64,000 bases of DNA from Mobula hypostoma (GCF_963921235.1 NC_086097.1:211918001-211982000), one strand, 5' to 3'; shown: positions 13,520 to 26,181, counted from the first letter of the stretch. Made by a program: numbers and translations. The notes: a model not told the origin generated them from the letters alone.

Positions 13520-13870
13520 TATAGATGTTGTGTCCTAGCTGTTCAAGTGGATATGCAAGCCAGGGCAGTATGATACGGAGAGCAAGCTGTTGCCCGTGTA
13601 GCAGGCTCTCCCAACTCCAAGCAGCTGATGAATCCAAAGGAATGGTAGAGACCGATGCAGTTTGCAGTGGCGTTGCAGGAGTTGCCCGTCGGTGCTGAAT
13701 TCAACGTAGGACTGCCTTAGGGACTCCAGCTCCAGATTTCTTCCCTCTGGCTTAACTCCCAAAACCTTCCCCATGAGTGGATATAGCCGCAAGCTAGCTG
13801 AAGTTTGAGATCAGAGTTTTTCTTCTAGACGAGCTGCCAACGGCGGCTGATGAGCCCCATCTGCCCAAAC
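13520..13870 (-). mobile_element. Probable fragment related to an RTE-clade 5' region
   Basis: The - strand reads ggctcatcagcc...ggcagctcgtctagaagaaaaactctga, resembling the RTE 5' motif as recalled from memory. GC-rich island in an AT-rich intron. Confidence 0.4.
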
Positions 13871-13979
13871 CCAAACAGCATTGAACTCTTACATTTCAAA
13901 GACAGACAGATCAATAAGTTAATTGGTCACATGGGTGTAATAGGGGATCGTGGACTCATTGGGCTGCAGGGGCTTGGTA

Positions 13980-14779
13980 CAGGTGCACATTCCTTTATCT
14001 GAAATTCTGAAATCCAAAAAGCTCCGAATACCGAAGGTTTTTTCGCCAAAAGCTGGCGTCACTCAGGTGTGACGTGACAACACTAGCAAAGGCCGCCAGA
14101 CGTCAGTTGCTGTTCGCTGATATTTTGTTTTCACGGTGAAATTAAACACAAAGTCAACAGTGAAAAAGAGCTGCAGATACCCCTATGGGTAACAATGAGA
14201 AAAAGAGACGGAATCTTCTCTATCAATAACACAGAAAGTGGAGTTATAGCAGAAGCTTGATCATGGTGTGTCTGTGCGGCATCCTACTGAAGAAAATAGT
14301 GTCGGAACTACCACTGTATATAATTTAAATAAACAGAAAGACAAGTTACTGAAGTTTTATAGTGACAGTAACGTTCTACATTTATTCCAATAAGTCATTT
14401 ACTATGTGTTTGATTCGGTTCGTTTGAAGCTATATATTTTTATGTTTTATTGAATGTTTTTGTTGGAATTAAAATTTCTTCTTGTCATTATTCCCTAAAC
14501 AATACAGTATAACAATTATTTACACAGCATTTACATTGTATTAGGTATTATAAGTAATCTAGAGATGATTTAAAGTATACGGGAGGATGTGCGTAGGTTT
14601 GGTGTGCCGCTGGGTCCTAAAGTCCATCGCATTGAGACAGCTTAAATAAGAGACTTGATCACACATGTTTTTTGGTATCGGGTTGGCGGGGGGGGGTGGG
14701 GGGAGTCTGATATACGAAAAATTCTGAATTCTGAAATGCAACTGGCCCCAAGGATTTCGGATAAGGGATTGTGGACCTG
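13980..14779 (+). mobile_element. Tigger/pogo (Tc1-mariner superfamily) DNA transposon, internally deleted
   Basis: TA TSDs at 13978-79 and 14780-81. About 26-bp imperfect TIRs (caggtgcacattcctttatctgaaat / atttcggataagggattgtggacctg). CENP-B-type HTH remnant SITQKVEL.QKLDHGVSV...VGTTTVYNLNKQKDKLLKFY. Confidence 0.88.
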
Positions 14780-15085
14780 TACTCTGTTGTATCTAAACAA
14801 ATCAAACATGAAAAACTATTGATAACTAATTCTAGATTTTGCTGTGTGTTTTAAAAATAGTTTTTATCAAACACGTGCACCTGAATTTAGAGTCTGCTGT
14901 TTATGATTAACTGTAACATTGGAGTATACTTTCAGAAGAATTAACTTGTGCTTTCTCTCCTTTGAGTATATTGCAAAGCTGAGAACATATTTTCAGCTGT
15001 ATTCTAACGAGTTTAACAAAATAAATTACATAATACTAATATATAAGCTAGCTAAAGAATATTTTTGTTGTGTTTTCTTGTGCAG

Positions 15086-15186
15086 CTAGCACTATCTAGT
15101 TTCTTTGAGGATGGCAGTGACAATCAAGCAGTTCAAGATGTACCAAAGTCTAATAATGCCTCTAATTTCAGACCTGCAGTTCGTAG
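15086..15186 (+). CDS. UBXN2B: p47/p37-family p97 adaptor, first visible coding exon (equivalent to exon 2; end of the UBA-like region), LALSSFFEDGSDNQAVQDVPKSNNASNFRPAVR
   Basis: Acceptor ttttcttgtgcag|CTA and donor AG|gtaaga; 101 nt, phase 0 to 2. Resembles p47 IALASFYEDG and p37 LALAELYEDE (recalled from memory). Confidence 0.8.
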
Positions 15187-16268
15187 GTAAGAAATGACTA
15201 GTTGTACATCAAACCAAGTTTTGTTTTTTTGCAAATGTTTGATACATCTTTTCAACTGCTTTAGGTTTATTTCATTGGATATTGTAGCCCTCGCGTCTCT
15301 GCACAGGTAGTTAGAAGAGAGACATGACTTCAGATCCCATCACTGGAAATAAACTTCAACTAACTCAAAGAATCATAATTTTGTGTTTTGCCAGGATATT
15401 TTTTAGCATTGTGATCACAATGCTGTTAGATTGTTGTAAAACGTTAACTTGTTCAATGACCTTCGGGGTAAAAAATCTGCTATTGTTGCCTCATCTGGCC
15501 TATGAGTTTAGCCCTGTTAGTGTGGTTTTAATTGCCTTTTCAGTTCAGGAGAAATTTGGGAAGTATAAATAAATGATAAGCAACAGTGTCCACATTCCAT
15601 AAATGGGTAAAGAAAAAATATTTGTAACTTTAGTGAAAGTTTTATCTGTTCTTATAATACAATTCGTTGGGTTGAACAACCTTCAAAAATCTGAAAAGGA
15701 AAATTACCTTCCAAAGCACTCCTTGCATCTTTCATAAAGGGATAAAACCTGTGAATTTCTTATGACTTTCTTTCGTTAACACATTGTTGATATATTGAAA
15801 AACACTTTGTTATTAGATGTGCTTCATTGTAAATGCAATAAAAGTTGCAGTTGAGTGGGAACAAGCTTAAAAATTCCAAAATCCATCATATTACAAAACA
15901 TCTTAGATAGCCAAGTTAGTTATGGTTGAATATATTGACATTTGCCCGTCCCTCTTTTCTGATCAGATTAAAATCAGAATTGGTTTATTATCACTGTCTT
16001 ACATGATGTGAAATTTGTTTTTGCATACTTATTTTGTTCCAGACTTATTCTACAATAGGTCTTTTAAATCATGATAGTTTTCCAATTGAATGGGAAAGTT
16101 TAATTATATTTTGCTGCTAGAAATATTACAAACAAATGAGAATACAAAGTGTTTATGCATATTCTTAATTTAAAAAATTAAGTATCTGAAGAAATTATAC
16201 TCTACATTTTCAAAAATTCCCTTTCTCTCAGCAATAGGTTGAGTGGCAATCTAGTCTTATCCAGTGCA

Positions 16269-16456
16269 AACCTGAGGAAATCTGCAGATGCTGGAAATTC
16301 AAGCAACACACACAAAATGCTGGTGGAACGCAGCAGGCCAGGCAGCATCTATAGGAAGAAGTACAGTCGACGTTTCGGGCCGAAATGTCAACTGTACTTC
16401 CTATAGATACTGCCTGGCCTGCTGCGTTCCACCAGCAATTTGTGTGTGTTGCTTAA
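16269..16456. mobile_element. Penelope-derived fold-back mini-element
   Basis: Near-perfect palindrome centred on gacgtttcgggccgaaatgtc; 8-bp TSD ccagtgca at 16261-16268 and 16457-16464. Confidence 0.85.
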
Positions 16457-17372
16457 CCAGTGCAGCAAGTTTAGTTAGTTATTTTCATACAAATCTATCA
16501 ATTTATTGGAAGTTAGTCAACTTGATGGCCAGCTGTCATTTTGTGATATTTAAAACATTTTTGCATTAACCACAAACTAAAGATTTTGTCTTCATCTCAT
16601 TTTGTCTGACCAAACAAGAATAAAATATGCTTTAAATTCACTACTACTTTGGCTTTCTAACATCCAAGAGAATGGTCTTACTTTATATATGTTATTGTAA
16701 AGTAAATACCCATTTACTTTCTATACAAGCATAATAAAGTAATCAGATACAAATGTATCTTATTTACCAATTCTAATCATGATTAAATATTCATGGTTTT
16801 TAATTTCTCTAATTTATGCTTAAATGTTTCCTTGCTACCTTCCATGCTTTGCAAACCTTGCAACCTTGAATAGCTTCTGGTATCCTTGAATAGATTGTTA
16901 GGATTGTTTTATTCTCTGCAGTTCCTACTCTTCAGTTTATGATGAAAATTTACAGACACAAATGGGAAGAGACTGGATAAAGGAAGAGAGAACAGAGTCA
17001 GGGTAGGAAAATAAATTCTGAGGAACAAGAAATTTCTGAGGAAATTGGTGTAGTGCCCAGTCATTCCTGCCAGTGGACCTTGAGGAGGTAAGAGAGGGTT
17101 GTGTCTAAATAGTGTCTTGATAACCTGGAAGGTCTCCAGTAGAAACGAGGCATATTGGAGAGGGTGACCCGACATTCAGTGTTAGCTCTCCATAGATGGA
17201 GGTGTGAGGAAGGGTCAGTACTCACTAATTTCTCTTTTTTTCAACCAACATAGTAGAATATTAAAAATTGAGTGACAGTGAATAGTTGAATTAAATAACA
17301 AGCTGGAACTATATATTCTTTAAAAACTTTTCCCCTAATGATCCAACAACATTATTTTATTTCTACTCCAAG

Positions 17373-17450
17373 CTCTGGTGCCTCCCGGATATCTTCCTTG
17401 AAAGACTTGAAGAAGGAACAAAGTAACAGCTCGGCTGATATGGGTGAACA
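17373..17450 (+). CDS. UBXN2B: p47/p37-family exon (equivalent to p47 exon 3), SGASRISSLKDLKKEQSNSSADMGE
   Basis: Acceptor ttttatttctactccaag| and donor CA|gtaaga; 78 nt, phase 2 to 2, open frame. RISSLKDL resembles p47 RVTSFRDL. Confidence 0.75.
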
Positions 17451-17997
17451 GTAAGAGTTTGTGACATTTCTTTGAAATTGACAATGCATTGGAGACAACA
17501 AGAAGTATTGAATGTCAAATAACTAATACTTTTGCTGAGGTGATTTCTGGGGTAGAGTGTGAATCATCCAATTAATTGAATAGAATATAATTTGCATTTA
17601 ATTTTTTGCCAGCAGTGGAATGGAGATACTATTTCACATAATGAGATAGAATTAAGAACGATATATTTCATACGATGAGTAGTTTTCAACAGATAGCTGT
17701 ATATGAAACATAACAAAATGTGGCTTTATTAATTCCAAAATAACTTTTACCCACTTTTCTTTCGGCACCCTTCTCTTGTCCCTGCCCCAGCTCATGAAGA
17801 CTATCGAGTCCTATATACCAGACAGCATTAAGCACAGTTTTAACCTGATATTTAAAATAAGCAATTAGAGTACAACACAAAGAAATGAGCCAAAAGGCAA
17901 AATTAAGGTAATCAAAATATCAGAAACATTAAAATAAAATTTAATTGTTTCACAATTTTTCGTATTTATAAATAATTATGAGGGACATAACTATGTA

Positions 17998-18360
17998 AAA
18001 CACGAGCTTTTGCAGATGCTGGAAATCCAGAGTAACGCATACAAAATGCTAGAGGAACTCAGCAAGTCAGGCAGCATCTATGGAGAGGAATAACCAGTTT
18101 TGGGCAAAGACCCTTCATCAGGAGTGGAAATGATGGGGGAAGAAACCAGATAAGAAGGTGGGAGGGGAAGGAGTACAAGCTAGCATGTGATAGGTGAAGC
18201 CATATGAGGAGAAGGTAGGTGGGTGGAGGGATGAAGTGAGAAGCTGGGAGGTTATAGATGGAAAAGGTAAAAGGATGAAGAAGATGGAATCTGATGAGAG
18301 GAGAGTGGATTATGGGAACAAAGGAAGGAGAAGGCGCAGCAGAGGGAGGTGGCTGGGTAA
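17998..18360 (-). mobile_element. Penelope terminal fragment with a decayed hammerhead
   Basis: Family terminus; the - strand reads ctgatga-agggtctttgccc-aaaac at about 18095-18122. Confidence 0.7.
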
Positions 18361-19001
18361 GATATGTGTTTAAGGGACAGAGCATACACATTGTTTTTGG
18401 AATTATCTTGAGTTGACAGATTTCCCTTGATTAGACTAGGAAGTCTGAAAAACAATATAGCCTTGAACTCTGAATAGCTGATGTCAAATCAATAGCCTCC
18501 TAGCATCTTACAATGCACCTTCTATCAGTAGTATTCGGTTATATTAACTGCTTGGTTTTTTTTGCGTATTGTTGGTGGGAAAACTTTACAAATTGACTGA
18601 CTTTTTTGTTTAAGCCATGTAATAATAACTGTATTGCAGAAGTGATTAATTGTAAAATCAACAGTATCTAACACATTAAATATTTTTTCTTCCTCATTTT
18701 ACTTGGATATATACAAGGAAGTATTAACCCATTCCAGCAATGTTGCAACTATTCAAATAAATTTAATTATATAGCATGCATTAGGTGATTAATTTAGACT
18801 TGCAAAAGATGAAACTTTTTTTTTTCCTGAGGCAATATTTCATTGAATGGGTGCACTATAGTGGATGTTTCAATGTGATGCATATTGCACCAGCTTAGGA
18901 AGCAAACAAATGTGATGATAGACATTGTCATTTATTAATGTGCTGCTTCTGTCAGTTTATGAAAGCACTAGATTTCACTCAGTATACATTAATTTTTTAA
19001 G

Positions 19002-19167
19002 CTTTTATGCAGGTGGTTCTGAACACAGTGGCCAACAAATAGTTGAACCGCCAAAGAAGAAGAACCTAAATGACATTGTGGATGACCTTTTTAAAGGAGC
19101 TAAGGAACATGGGGCAGTTCCAGTGGATCAGTGGTCAGAAAGTGTCGGCGAGGCAAACAGAGCTGTG
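19002..19167 (+). CDS. UBXN2B: p47/p37-family exon, [55 protein letters not shown]
   Basis: Lies within ORF 18925..19239; acceptor ttttttaag| and donor GTG|gtaaga; 166 nt. Carries the hallmark FYAGGSE-SGQQ and [12 protein letters not shown] motifs. Confidence 0.92.
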
Positions 19168-19529
19168 GTAAGAGAATGTGGGAATGCCTTGAGACAGTCT
19201 GAATTCATGGCTCTCAAAATAGTATTTTGCTCTTTTTAGCTATTTTTTAAAAAGTTACCATGCTGATTTTTTTTTTGTAAAGCAGAAGTAATTTTTTTTG
19301 CTGCAAAAGGGGCCCAAAGGATCATTGGGGACCTGAGTCACCCCAACCACAAACTGTTCCAGCAGCTACCATCCAGGAAACGTAAAAATTTTTACTCCTC
19401 ACGTACATAAAGGATTTAAGTAATAAAGTCAATTTAATTCAGTTCAATAGGATAGAGCAATCATCTTATGGCATTAAGTAAGGAACCTTTATGGATAATA
19501 GAAAATTGGCAAGTGACTACTTTATACTT

Positions 19530-20055
19530 ACTGTTGCCAATCAATTGGTACTAGAACGTACAATCATCACGGCGATATTTGATTCTGCGCTTCCCACTCC
19601 CTGGATTACAAATATTAAATTTTAAAAATAGTTAAAATTAGTAAATATTAAAAATTTAAATTATAAATCATAAATAGAAAATAGAAAAATGAAAAGTAAG
19701 GTAGTGCAAAAAAACCGAGAGGCAGGTCCGGGTATTTGGAGGGTACGGCCCAGATCTGGGTCAGGATCTGTTCAGCAGTCTTAGCACAGTTGGAAAGGAG
19801 CTGTTCCCAAATCTGGCCATACAAGTCTTCAAGCTCCTGAGCCTTCTCCCGGAGGGAAGAGGGATGAAAAGTGTGTTGGCTGGGTGGGTCGTGTCCTTGA
19901 TTATCCTGGCAGTGCTGCTCCGACAGCGTGCGGTGTAAAGTGAGTCCAAGGACGGAAGATTGGTTTGTGTGATGTGCTGTGCCGTGTTCACGATCTTCTG
20001 CAGCTTCTTTTGGTCTTGGACAGGACAACTTCCATACCAGGTTGTGATGCACCCT
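19530..20055 (-). mobile_element. Rex/Babar-type LINE 3' end
   Basis: ORF 19761..20153 (CITTWYG...IIKDTTHPANTLFIPLPSGRRLRSLK...SFPTVLRLLN). Confidence 0.8.
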
Positions 20056-21210
20056 AGACTAGTTCTCCAAACCAAAATAAAAATAACTGAAAATTCTGAA
20101 AATCTGAAGTAGAAATAGAAAATGCTGGAAACACTGAGCAGGCCAGACAGCATCTGTGGAAGAACTGAATTGGTGGTTTAAATGGAAATTTTTTTTTGTG
20201 AAAATTCAACATTATCTGTTTTGATAATCGGTTCTAAAAGGGTGTTATTAAGTTAATACTTAAAAATGTGTCATATCGGTGTTATTTAACAAGTAAACAA
20301 GATGAAATATAAGGTTTCAACATCCTGCTGCACAACAGAGTGATGACATATCGCGTGATATTTGTCCCATTAAGGTAACAAGAGCAATTTGTTCAATATT
20401 GAAAATTTGCCAGTTCAGCATCACCAATGTTTTCAGCATGCCAGGTTACTGAAATTTGATGTATTTTGTATTCTGCCTTCATTTGGAGATAAAATTTGGT
20501 AATAATGTAGAAGGGTTATATTCTATAATGTTATACTACACCTGTTGTCTTTCATTTTAAAATGTTTGCCTCACATGGGAGCTCTGGTCAGAATCACAGA
20601 GCACTGCAAACACAGAAAGACGACAGGTGTAGTATATTTGACTCGCCTAGTCCATGCCGTTCCGGTTTTTTTAACCTACTCCCATTTACTTGCACTGGGT
20701 CCATAGCCCTCCATACCCCTTTCATTCATATTCTTATCCAAACATTTTTTAAATGCTGCAGCTGAACCTGCATCGCTAGCAGCTCATTCCACACTCTCAC
20801 CACCCTCCGAGTTAGTTCCATCTCAGATTCCTCTTAAATGTTTTACCTTTCCCCTTAAACCTATGACCTGTTGTTCTTGTCTCACTCAACCAGAGGGGAA
20901 AAAGCCTGCAGGCATTCACCTTATGTATACCCCTCATAACTTTGTATACATCAATACATCTTCCCTCATTCTCCTGCACTCCTAACTTTTCAACCTATTC
21001 TTGTAACTCAGGAGCCAACGTCCTGTCTACATCCATATAAAGTTTCTCTGCACTCCTTCAAGCTGGCATTGAGAGATCTTCAAATTTGCTAATCTAAATA
21101 ATATTTAGTTATTGATACTTAAAGATTTTTAATGCTCCAGTAAGTAATGTGAACAGAGACCAAGATATATGTGGTAGCAGTTATTGCAATTTTTAAAATT
21201 TATTTTGTAG

Positions 21211-21303
21211 CCATTTGCTGGTGGTGGATACCGATTGGGAGCATCGTCACAAGAATCATCTGAATATGTTTCACAAGATAAAAAACAAGATTCTAACCTT
21301 GAC
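21211..21303 (+). CDS. UBXN2B: p47/p37-family exon with first SHP box, PFAGGGYRLGASSQESSEYVSQDKKQDSNLD
   Basis: Acceptor tattttgtag| and donor GAC|gtgagt; 93 nt; FxGxGxxLG motif. Confidence 0.92.
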
Positions 21304-21884
21304 GTGAGTTGTGACAATTTAAGGCTGGAGGTTAAAGAAGGTCTCGGGAATTAATTACTTTATATTTCTCAAACCTGCTTGTGTAGTGTCTTATAATCTG
21401 TACTCTCACTGGGAATTGTCCATTTCATATATTCTGCTTAGACATCAATTGCCAACTTTATTTGGAAGACCTTCTTAATGTGAACACGTGAGTTAACGTA
21501 GGGCGGAAAGTGTGGCGTGGAATAAAGGTCATGTTCATGTTAGAGTGAAAATGGTGCTTTCTTTGTTTTCCGCCCAAAGAACCAGAATGTAAACTTATCA
21601 GTATTTATTGCCCATCCCTTATTCTAGTCAGGATAGTAGTCAAGAAAGTTTCCTTGCTCAACCTCAGCAATCCATGTTCCACGGCGTTATTAAGGAGGGA
21701 GTTCTGGGATATTAATATAATGAATGAATGAGGATATATTTCCAAGTTACAAAAGATTCCAATTTTTTGAGAGTAAACCTCAAGAAAATGCCATAAAGGC
21801 AATAGTTCAGATTTTGAAATTGATGGGATAAGGAACACCACTCACAACTCACCTTCTTGATAGCTTGCTCTAAAGATCTGGTAT

Positions 21885-24360
21885 TGGTGTTGGTTTATTA
21901 TTGTCACGTGGACATGAGATACAATGAAAAGCATATTGTTCAAATCATGACACTGCATTCAACTAGAATAAAGTAAAGCAATTACAATGCAGAATAATGT
22001 GTAAAAACTATGAAAAAAGTGTAGTGCAAGTAAATGATAAAAGACTGGATCATAACAAAGTAGCTTTTGAGGCCAAGAGTCACCATATAAAAAGTCCATT
22101 TGAGAGTATGATAATAGTGGGGCAGAAGTTATCATTGAACCTGATGAAATATACTTTCAAGCTCTCCCTCACCACCATTCAGGGCCCTGGACAGTCCTTC
22201 CAGGTGAGGCGACACTTCACCTGTGAGTCAGCTGGTGTGATATACTGTGTCCGGTGCTCCGGTGCAGCCTTCTATATATTGGTGAGACCCGACGCAGACT
22301 GGGAGACCATTTCACTGAACACCTACGCTCTGTCCGTCAGGGAAAGCAGGGTCTCCCAGTGGCCACACATTTTAATTCCACGTCCCATTCTCATTCTGAT
22401 ATGTCTATCCACGGCCTCCTCTACTGTCAAGATGAAGCCACATTCAGGTTGGAGGAACAACACCTTATATTCCATCTGGGTAGCCTCCAACCGGATGGCA
22501 TGAACACTGATTTCTCTAACCTCCGTTTGTGCACTTCCTCCCCTTCTTACTCCATCCCTTTGTTTATTTTTTTTTTTTTTCCCCTTTTTCTGTCCCTGTC
22601 ACAATAACTCCTTGCCTTCTCTCCATCTTGCTCTGGTGCTCCCCTCCCCCTTGCTTTCTCCCTAGGCCTCCCGTCCCATGATCCTCTCCCTTCTCCAGCC
22701 TTATATCCCTTTTGGCAATCAACTTTCCAGCGCTTAGCTTTATCCCTCCCCCTCCTGTTTTCTCCTATCATTTTGGATCTCCGCCTCCCCCTCCCACTTT
22801 CAAATCTCTTACTATCTCTTCTTTCAGTTAGTCCTGATGAAGGGCCTTGGCCCAAAATGTCGACTGTACTTCTTCCTGGCCTGCCTGGCCTGCTGCATTC
22901 CACCAGCATTTTATGTGTGTTGCTTGAATTTCCAGCATCTGCAGATTTCCTCGTGTTGAAGCTTTTGTATCTTCCCAATGGGAGATGGGAGATGGGAGAA
23001 GAGTGATTACCTAGGATCTTCGATTATACTTTGCTTTACTGAGGCAGCGAGAAGCATAGACAGAGTCCAGAGAAGGGGGCTGGTTCTTGTGATGTGTTGA
23101 GCTATGTCCACAACTTTGCAGTTTTTCATAGTCGCATGAAGAGCATTTACCATACTAAGCTTTTATGTATCCAAACAGAATAGTTTGTATGGTCCATTGA
23201 TTTCACAAAATTGGTAATGGTCGACAGAAACATGAAAAATCTCTTTAGCCTCCCAAGGAAGTAGAGGCATTTATGAGCTTTCTTCACTGTGCCATCAACC
23301 CTTTTGGACCAAGACAGGCTGTTGGTGATGTTCAACAGGAACTTGAAGCCGTTAACTCTTTCAACCTCAACACTCTTGATATATACAAGAGCATGTGATT
23401 GCTCCCCCTTCTGAAGTCAGTGACCAGCTTTTTTTATTTTGTGGATATTGACACCTAGTCACTAAGCCCTCTATAATCTTCTCGTACTCCAAATCATCGT
23501 TATTTGAGATGGAGCCCACTATGCTGGTATCATCTGCAAACTTGTCGGTGGAGTTAGAGCAGAATCTGGTCTCACAGTGGTGAGTGTACAGGGAGCAGAG
23601 TTAGGGGGTGAGGATGCAACATTGTGCAGCACTAATGTTTAGAATAATGGTGATGGAAGTGTTGCTTCCTGTCCTTACTGATTGCAGTCTGTTGGTCAGG
23701 AAGTCAGATAATCCGTTTGCAGAGGAAGCCATTGACTCTCAGGGTCTGGAGTTTGGTGATGAGTTTGCTTTGAATCATAGTACTGACTAACATAGTACTG
23801 AAGGCAGAGCTGTAGTGCGACATGGGTGTCTTTACTGCACAGATGCTCCAGAGGTGAGTGTAGAGCAAGGTAGATAGCATCTGCCATAGACCTGTTTCTG
23901 TAATAGGTAAATTGCAGTCGGTTGAAATTTAATGGAAAGCTGGAGTTGATGTGACCAGCCTCTCAAAGCACTTCACAATGATAGATGTCAGAGCCATAGG
24001 GCGGTAGATATTAAGGCAGGTTATTTTGTTTTTCTTATGTACTGGATTGATAGTGCCTTTAAAGCAGGAGGGGATCACAGCCTGAAGCAGCAAGAGGTTA
24101 AAGATATCTACAAATACACCCACCAGCTGATCGGCACTTAGAACGTGGGCCAGGACGCCATCCAGACGCAACGCTTTCTTCAGGTTCACTCTCCAGAAAA
24201 CTGATCTTGCGTCTGTGGTAGTGACTGTAGATTTGGGTGCATGGAGACAGTCAGGGTGGGAGGTAACCTTCCCGTTGCCGTTCAAAATGTGTGTAGAATG
24301 TGTTAAACTCATCAGAAAGGGATGTTCTGTTGTCATTGACGCTGCTTGACTTCATTTTGT
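21885..24360 (-). mobile_element. Decayed Rex/Babar-type LINE, interrupted by a Penelope insertion
   Basis: ORF 23929..24336 (YRPMALTSIIVKCFERLV) and ORF 23147..23335 (KKAHKCLYFLGRLKRF). Confidence 0.75.
22166..22958 (+). mobile_element. Penelope-like retroelement 3' part: GIY-YIG endonuclease plus terminal repeat with a hammerhead motif
   Basis: FTCESAGVIYCVRC / LLYIGETRRRLGDHFTEHL...HFN...LEEQHLIFHLGSLQPDGMN. Hammerhead-like motif at 22830-22865. Short TSD aagct. Confidence 0.9.
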
Positions 24361-24364
24361 AACT

Positions 24365-26181
24365 TGTTAAAGCATGTAAGTCCTATCACAGCTGTATGAA
24401 GTATGTAAGAGGATAAGACGTGAGAGAATAGGGCCAATCAAGTGTGACAGTGGAAAAGTGTGTATGGAACCGGAGGAGATAGCAAAGGTACTTAATGAAT
24501 ACTTTGCTTCAGTGTTCACTACGGAAAAGGATCTTGGCGATTGTAGGGATGACTTACAGCGGATTGAAAAGCTTGAGCATATAGACATTAAGAAAGAGGA
24601 TGTGCTGGAGCTTTCGGAAAGTATCAAGTTGGATAAGTCTCCGGGACCAGATGAGATATGCCCCAGTCTATTGTGGGAGGCGAGGGAGGAGATTGCTGAG
24701 CCCCGGCAATGATCTTTGCATCATCAATGGGGAAGGGAGAGGTTCCAGAGGATTGGGGGGTTGCAGATGTTGTTCCTTTATTCAAGAAAGGGAGTAGAGA
24801 TAGTCCAGGAAATTATAGACCAGTGAGTCTTACTTCAGTGGTTGGTAAGTTGATGGAAAAGATCCTGAAAGGCAGGATTTATGATCATTTGGAGAGGCAT
24901 AATATGATTAGGAATAGTCAGCATGGCTTTGTCAAATGCAGGTTGTGCCTTATGAGCCTGATTGAATTTTTTTGAGGATGTGACTAAACACATTGATGAA
25001 GGTAGAGCAGTAGATGTAGTGTGTATGGATTTCAGCAAGGCATTTGATAAGGTACCCCATACAAGGCTTATTGAGAAAGTAAGGAGGCATGGGATCCAAG
25101 GGGACCTTGCTTTGTGGATCCAGAATTGGCTTGCCCACAGAAGGCAAAGGGTGGTTGTAGGCGGGTCGTATTCTGCATGGAGGTCGGTGACCAGTGGTGT
25201 GCCTCAGGGATCTGTTCTGGGACCCCTTCTCTTTGTGATTTTTATAAGTGACCTGGATGAGGAAGTGGAGGGATGGGTTAGTACATTTGCTGATGACACC
25301 AAGGTTGGGGGTGTTGTGGATAGTGTGGAGGGCTGTCAGAGATTACAGCAGGACATTGATAGGATGCAAAACTGGGCTGAGAAGTGGCAGATGGAGTTCA
25401 ACCCAGATAAGTGTGAAGTGGTTCATTTTGGTAGGTCAAATATAATGGCAGAATGTAGTATTAATGGTAAGACTCTTGACAGTGTGGAGGATCAGAGGAA
25501 TCCTGGGGTCTGAGTCCATAGGATATTCAAAGCTGCTGCGCAAGTTAACTCTGTGCTTAAGAAGGCATACGGTGTATTGGCCTTCACCAACCGTGGGATT
25601 GAGTTTAAGAGCCGAGAGGTAATGTTACAGCGATATAGGACCCTGGTCAGCACCACTTGGAGTACTGTGCTCAGTTCTGGTCACCTCAGCACAGGAAGGA
25701 TGTGGAAACTATAGGAAGGGTGCAGAGGAGATTTACAAGGATGTGGCCTGGATTGGGGAGCATGCCTTTTGAGAATAGGTTGAGTGAACTCAGCCTTTTC
25801 TCCTTGGAGCATCGGAGGATGAGAGGTGACCTGATAGAGGTGTATAAGATAATGAGAGGCATTGATTGTGTGGATAGTCAGAGGCTTTTTCCCAGGGCTG
25901 AAGTGGCTAACACAAGTGGGTACAGTTTTAAGGTGCTTGGAAGTAGGTATAGAGGAGATGCCAGGGGTAAGTTTTTTATTATGCAGAGATTGGTGAGTGC
26001 GCGATATGGGCTGCCAGCGATGGTGGTGGAGGCGATACGATAGGGTCTTTTAAGAGACGCCTGGATAGGTACATGGAGCTTACAAAAATAGAGGGCTATG
26101 GGTAACCGTAGGTAATTTCTAAAGTAAGTATATGTTAGGCACAGCATTGTGAGCCGAAGGGCCTGTTTTGTACTGTAGGTT
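24365..26181 (+). mobile_element. CR1 LINE, RT and 3' end, relatively young
   Basis: ORF 24709..24975 (NYRPVSLTS), ORF 24962..25513 (DFSKAFDKV, GVPQGSVLGP, FADDTK) and ORF 25657..26043. Confidence 0.92.

Noticed and set aside
13624..13860. CTGATGA motifs at about 13625 and 13847 as extra hammerheads or an HDV-like ribozyme
   Set aside because: No properly placed GAAA and helix III follows either motif, and an HDV-like fold could not be established by eye.
1..15085. Exon 1 and promoter of the UBX gene
   Set aside because: No CpG island or exon encoding a UBA-like N-terminus with a phase-0 donor could be identified. It is probably upstream of the window.
20339..20455. Intronic C/D box snoRNA (GTGATGA ... 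CTGA)
   Set aside because: No terminal stem and no recognisable rRNA guide sequence; such motifs are expected by chance.
21501..21575. Inverted 9-mers gggcggaaa / tttccgccc (E2F-like sites or MITE ends)
   Set aside because: Too short, with no TSD or further pairing to support an element.
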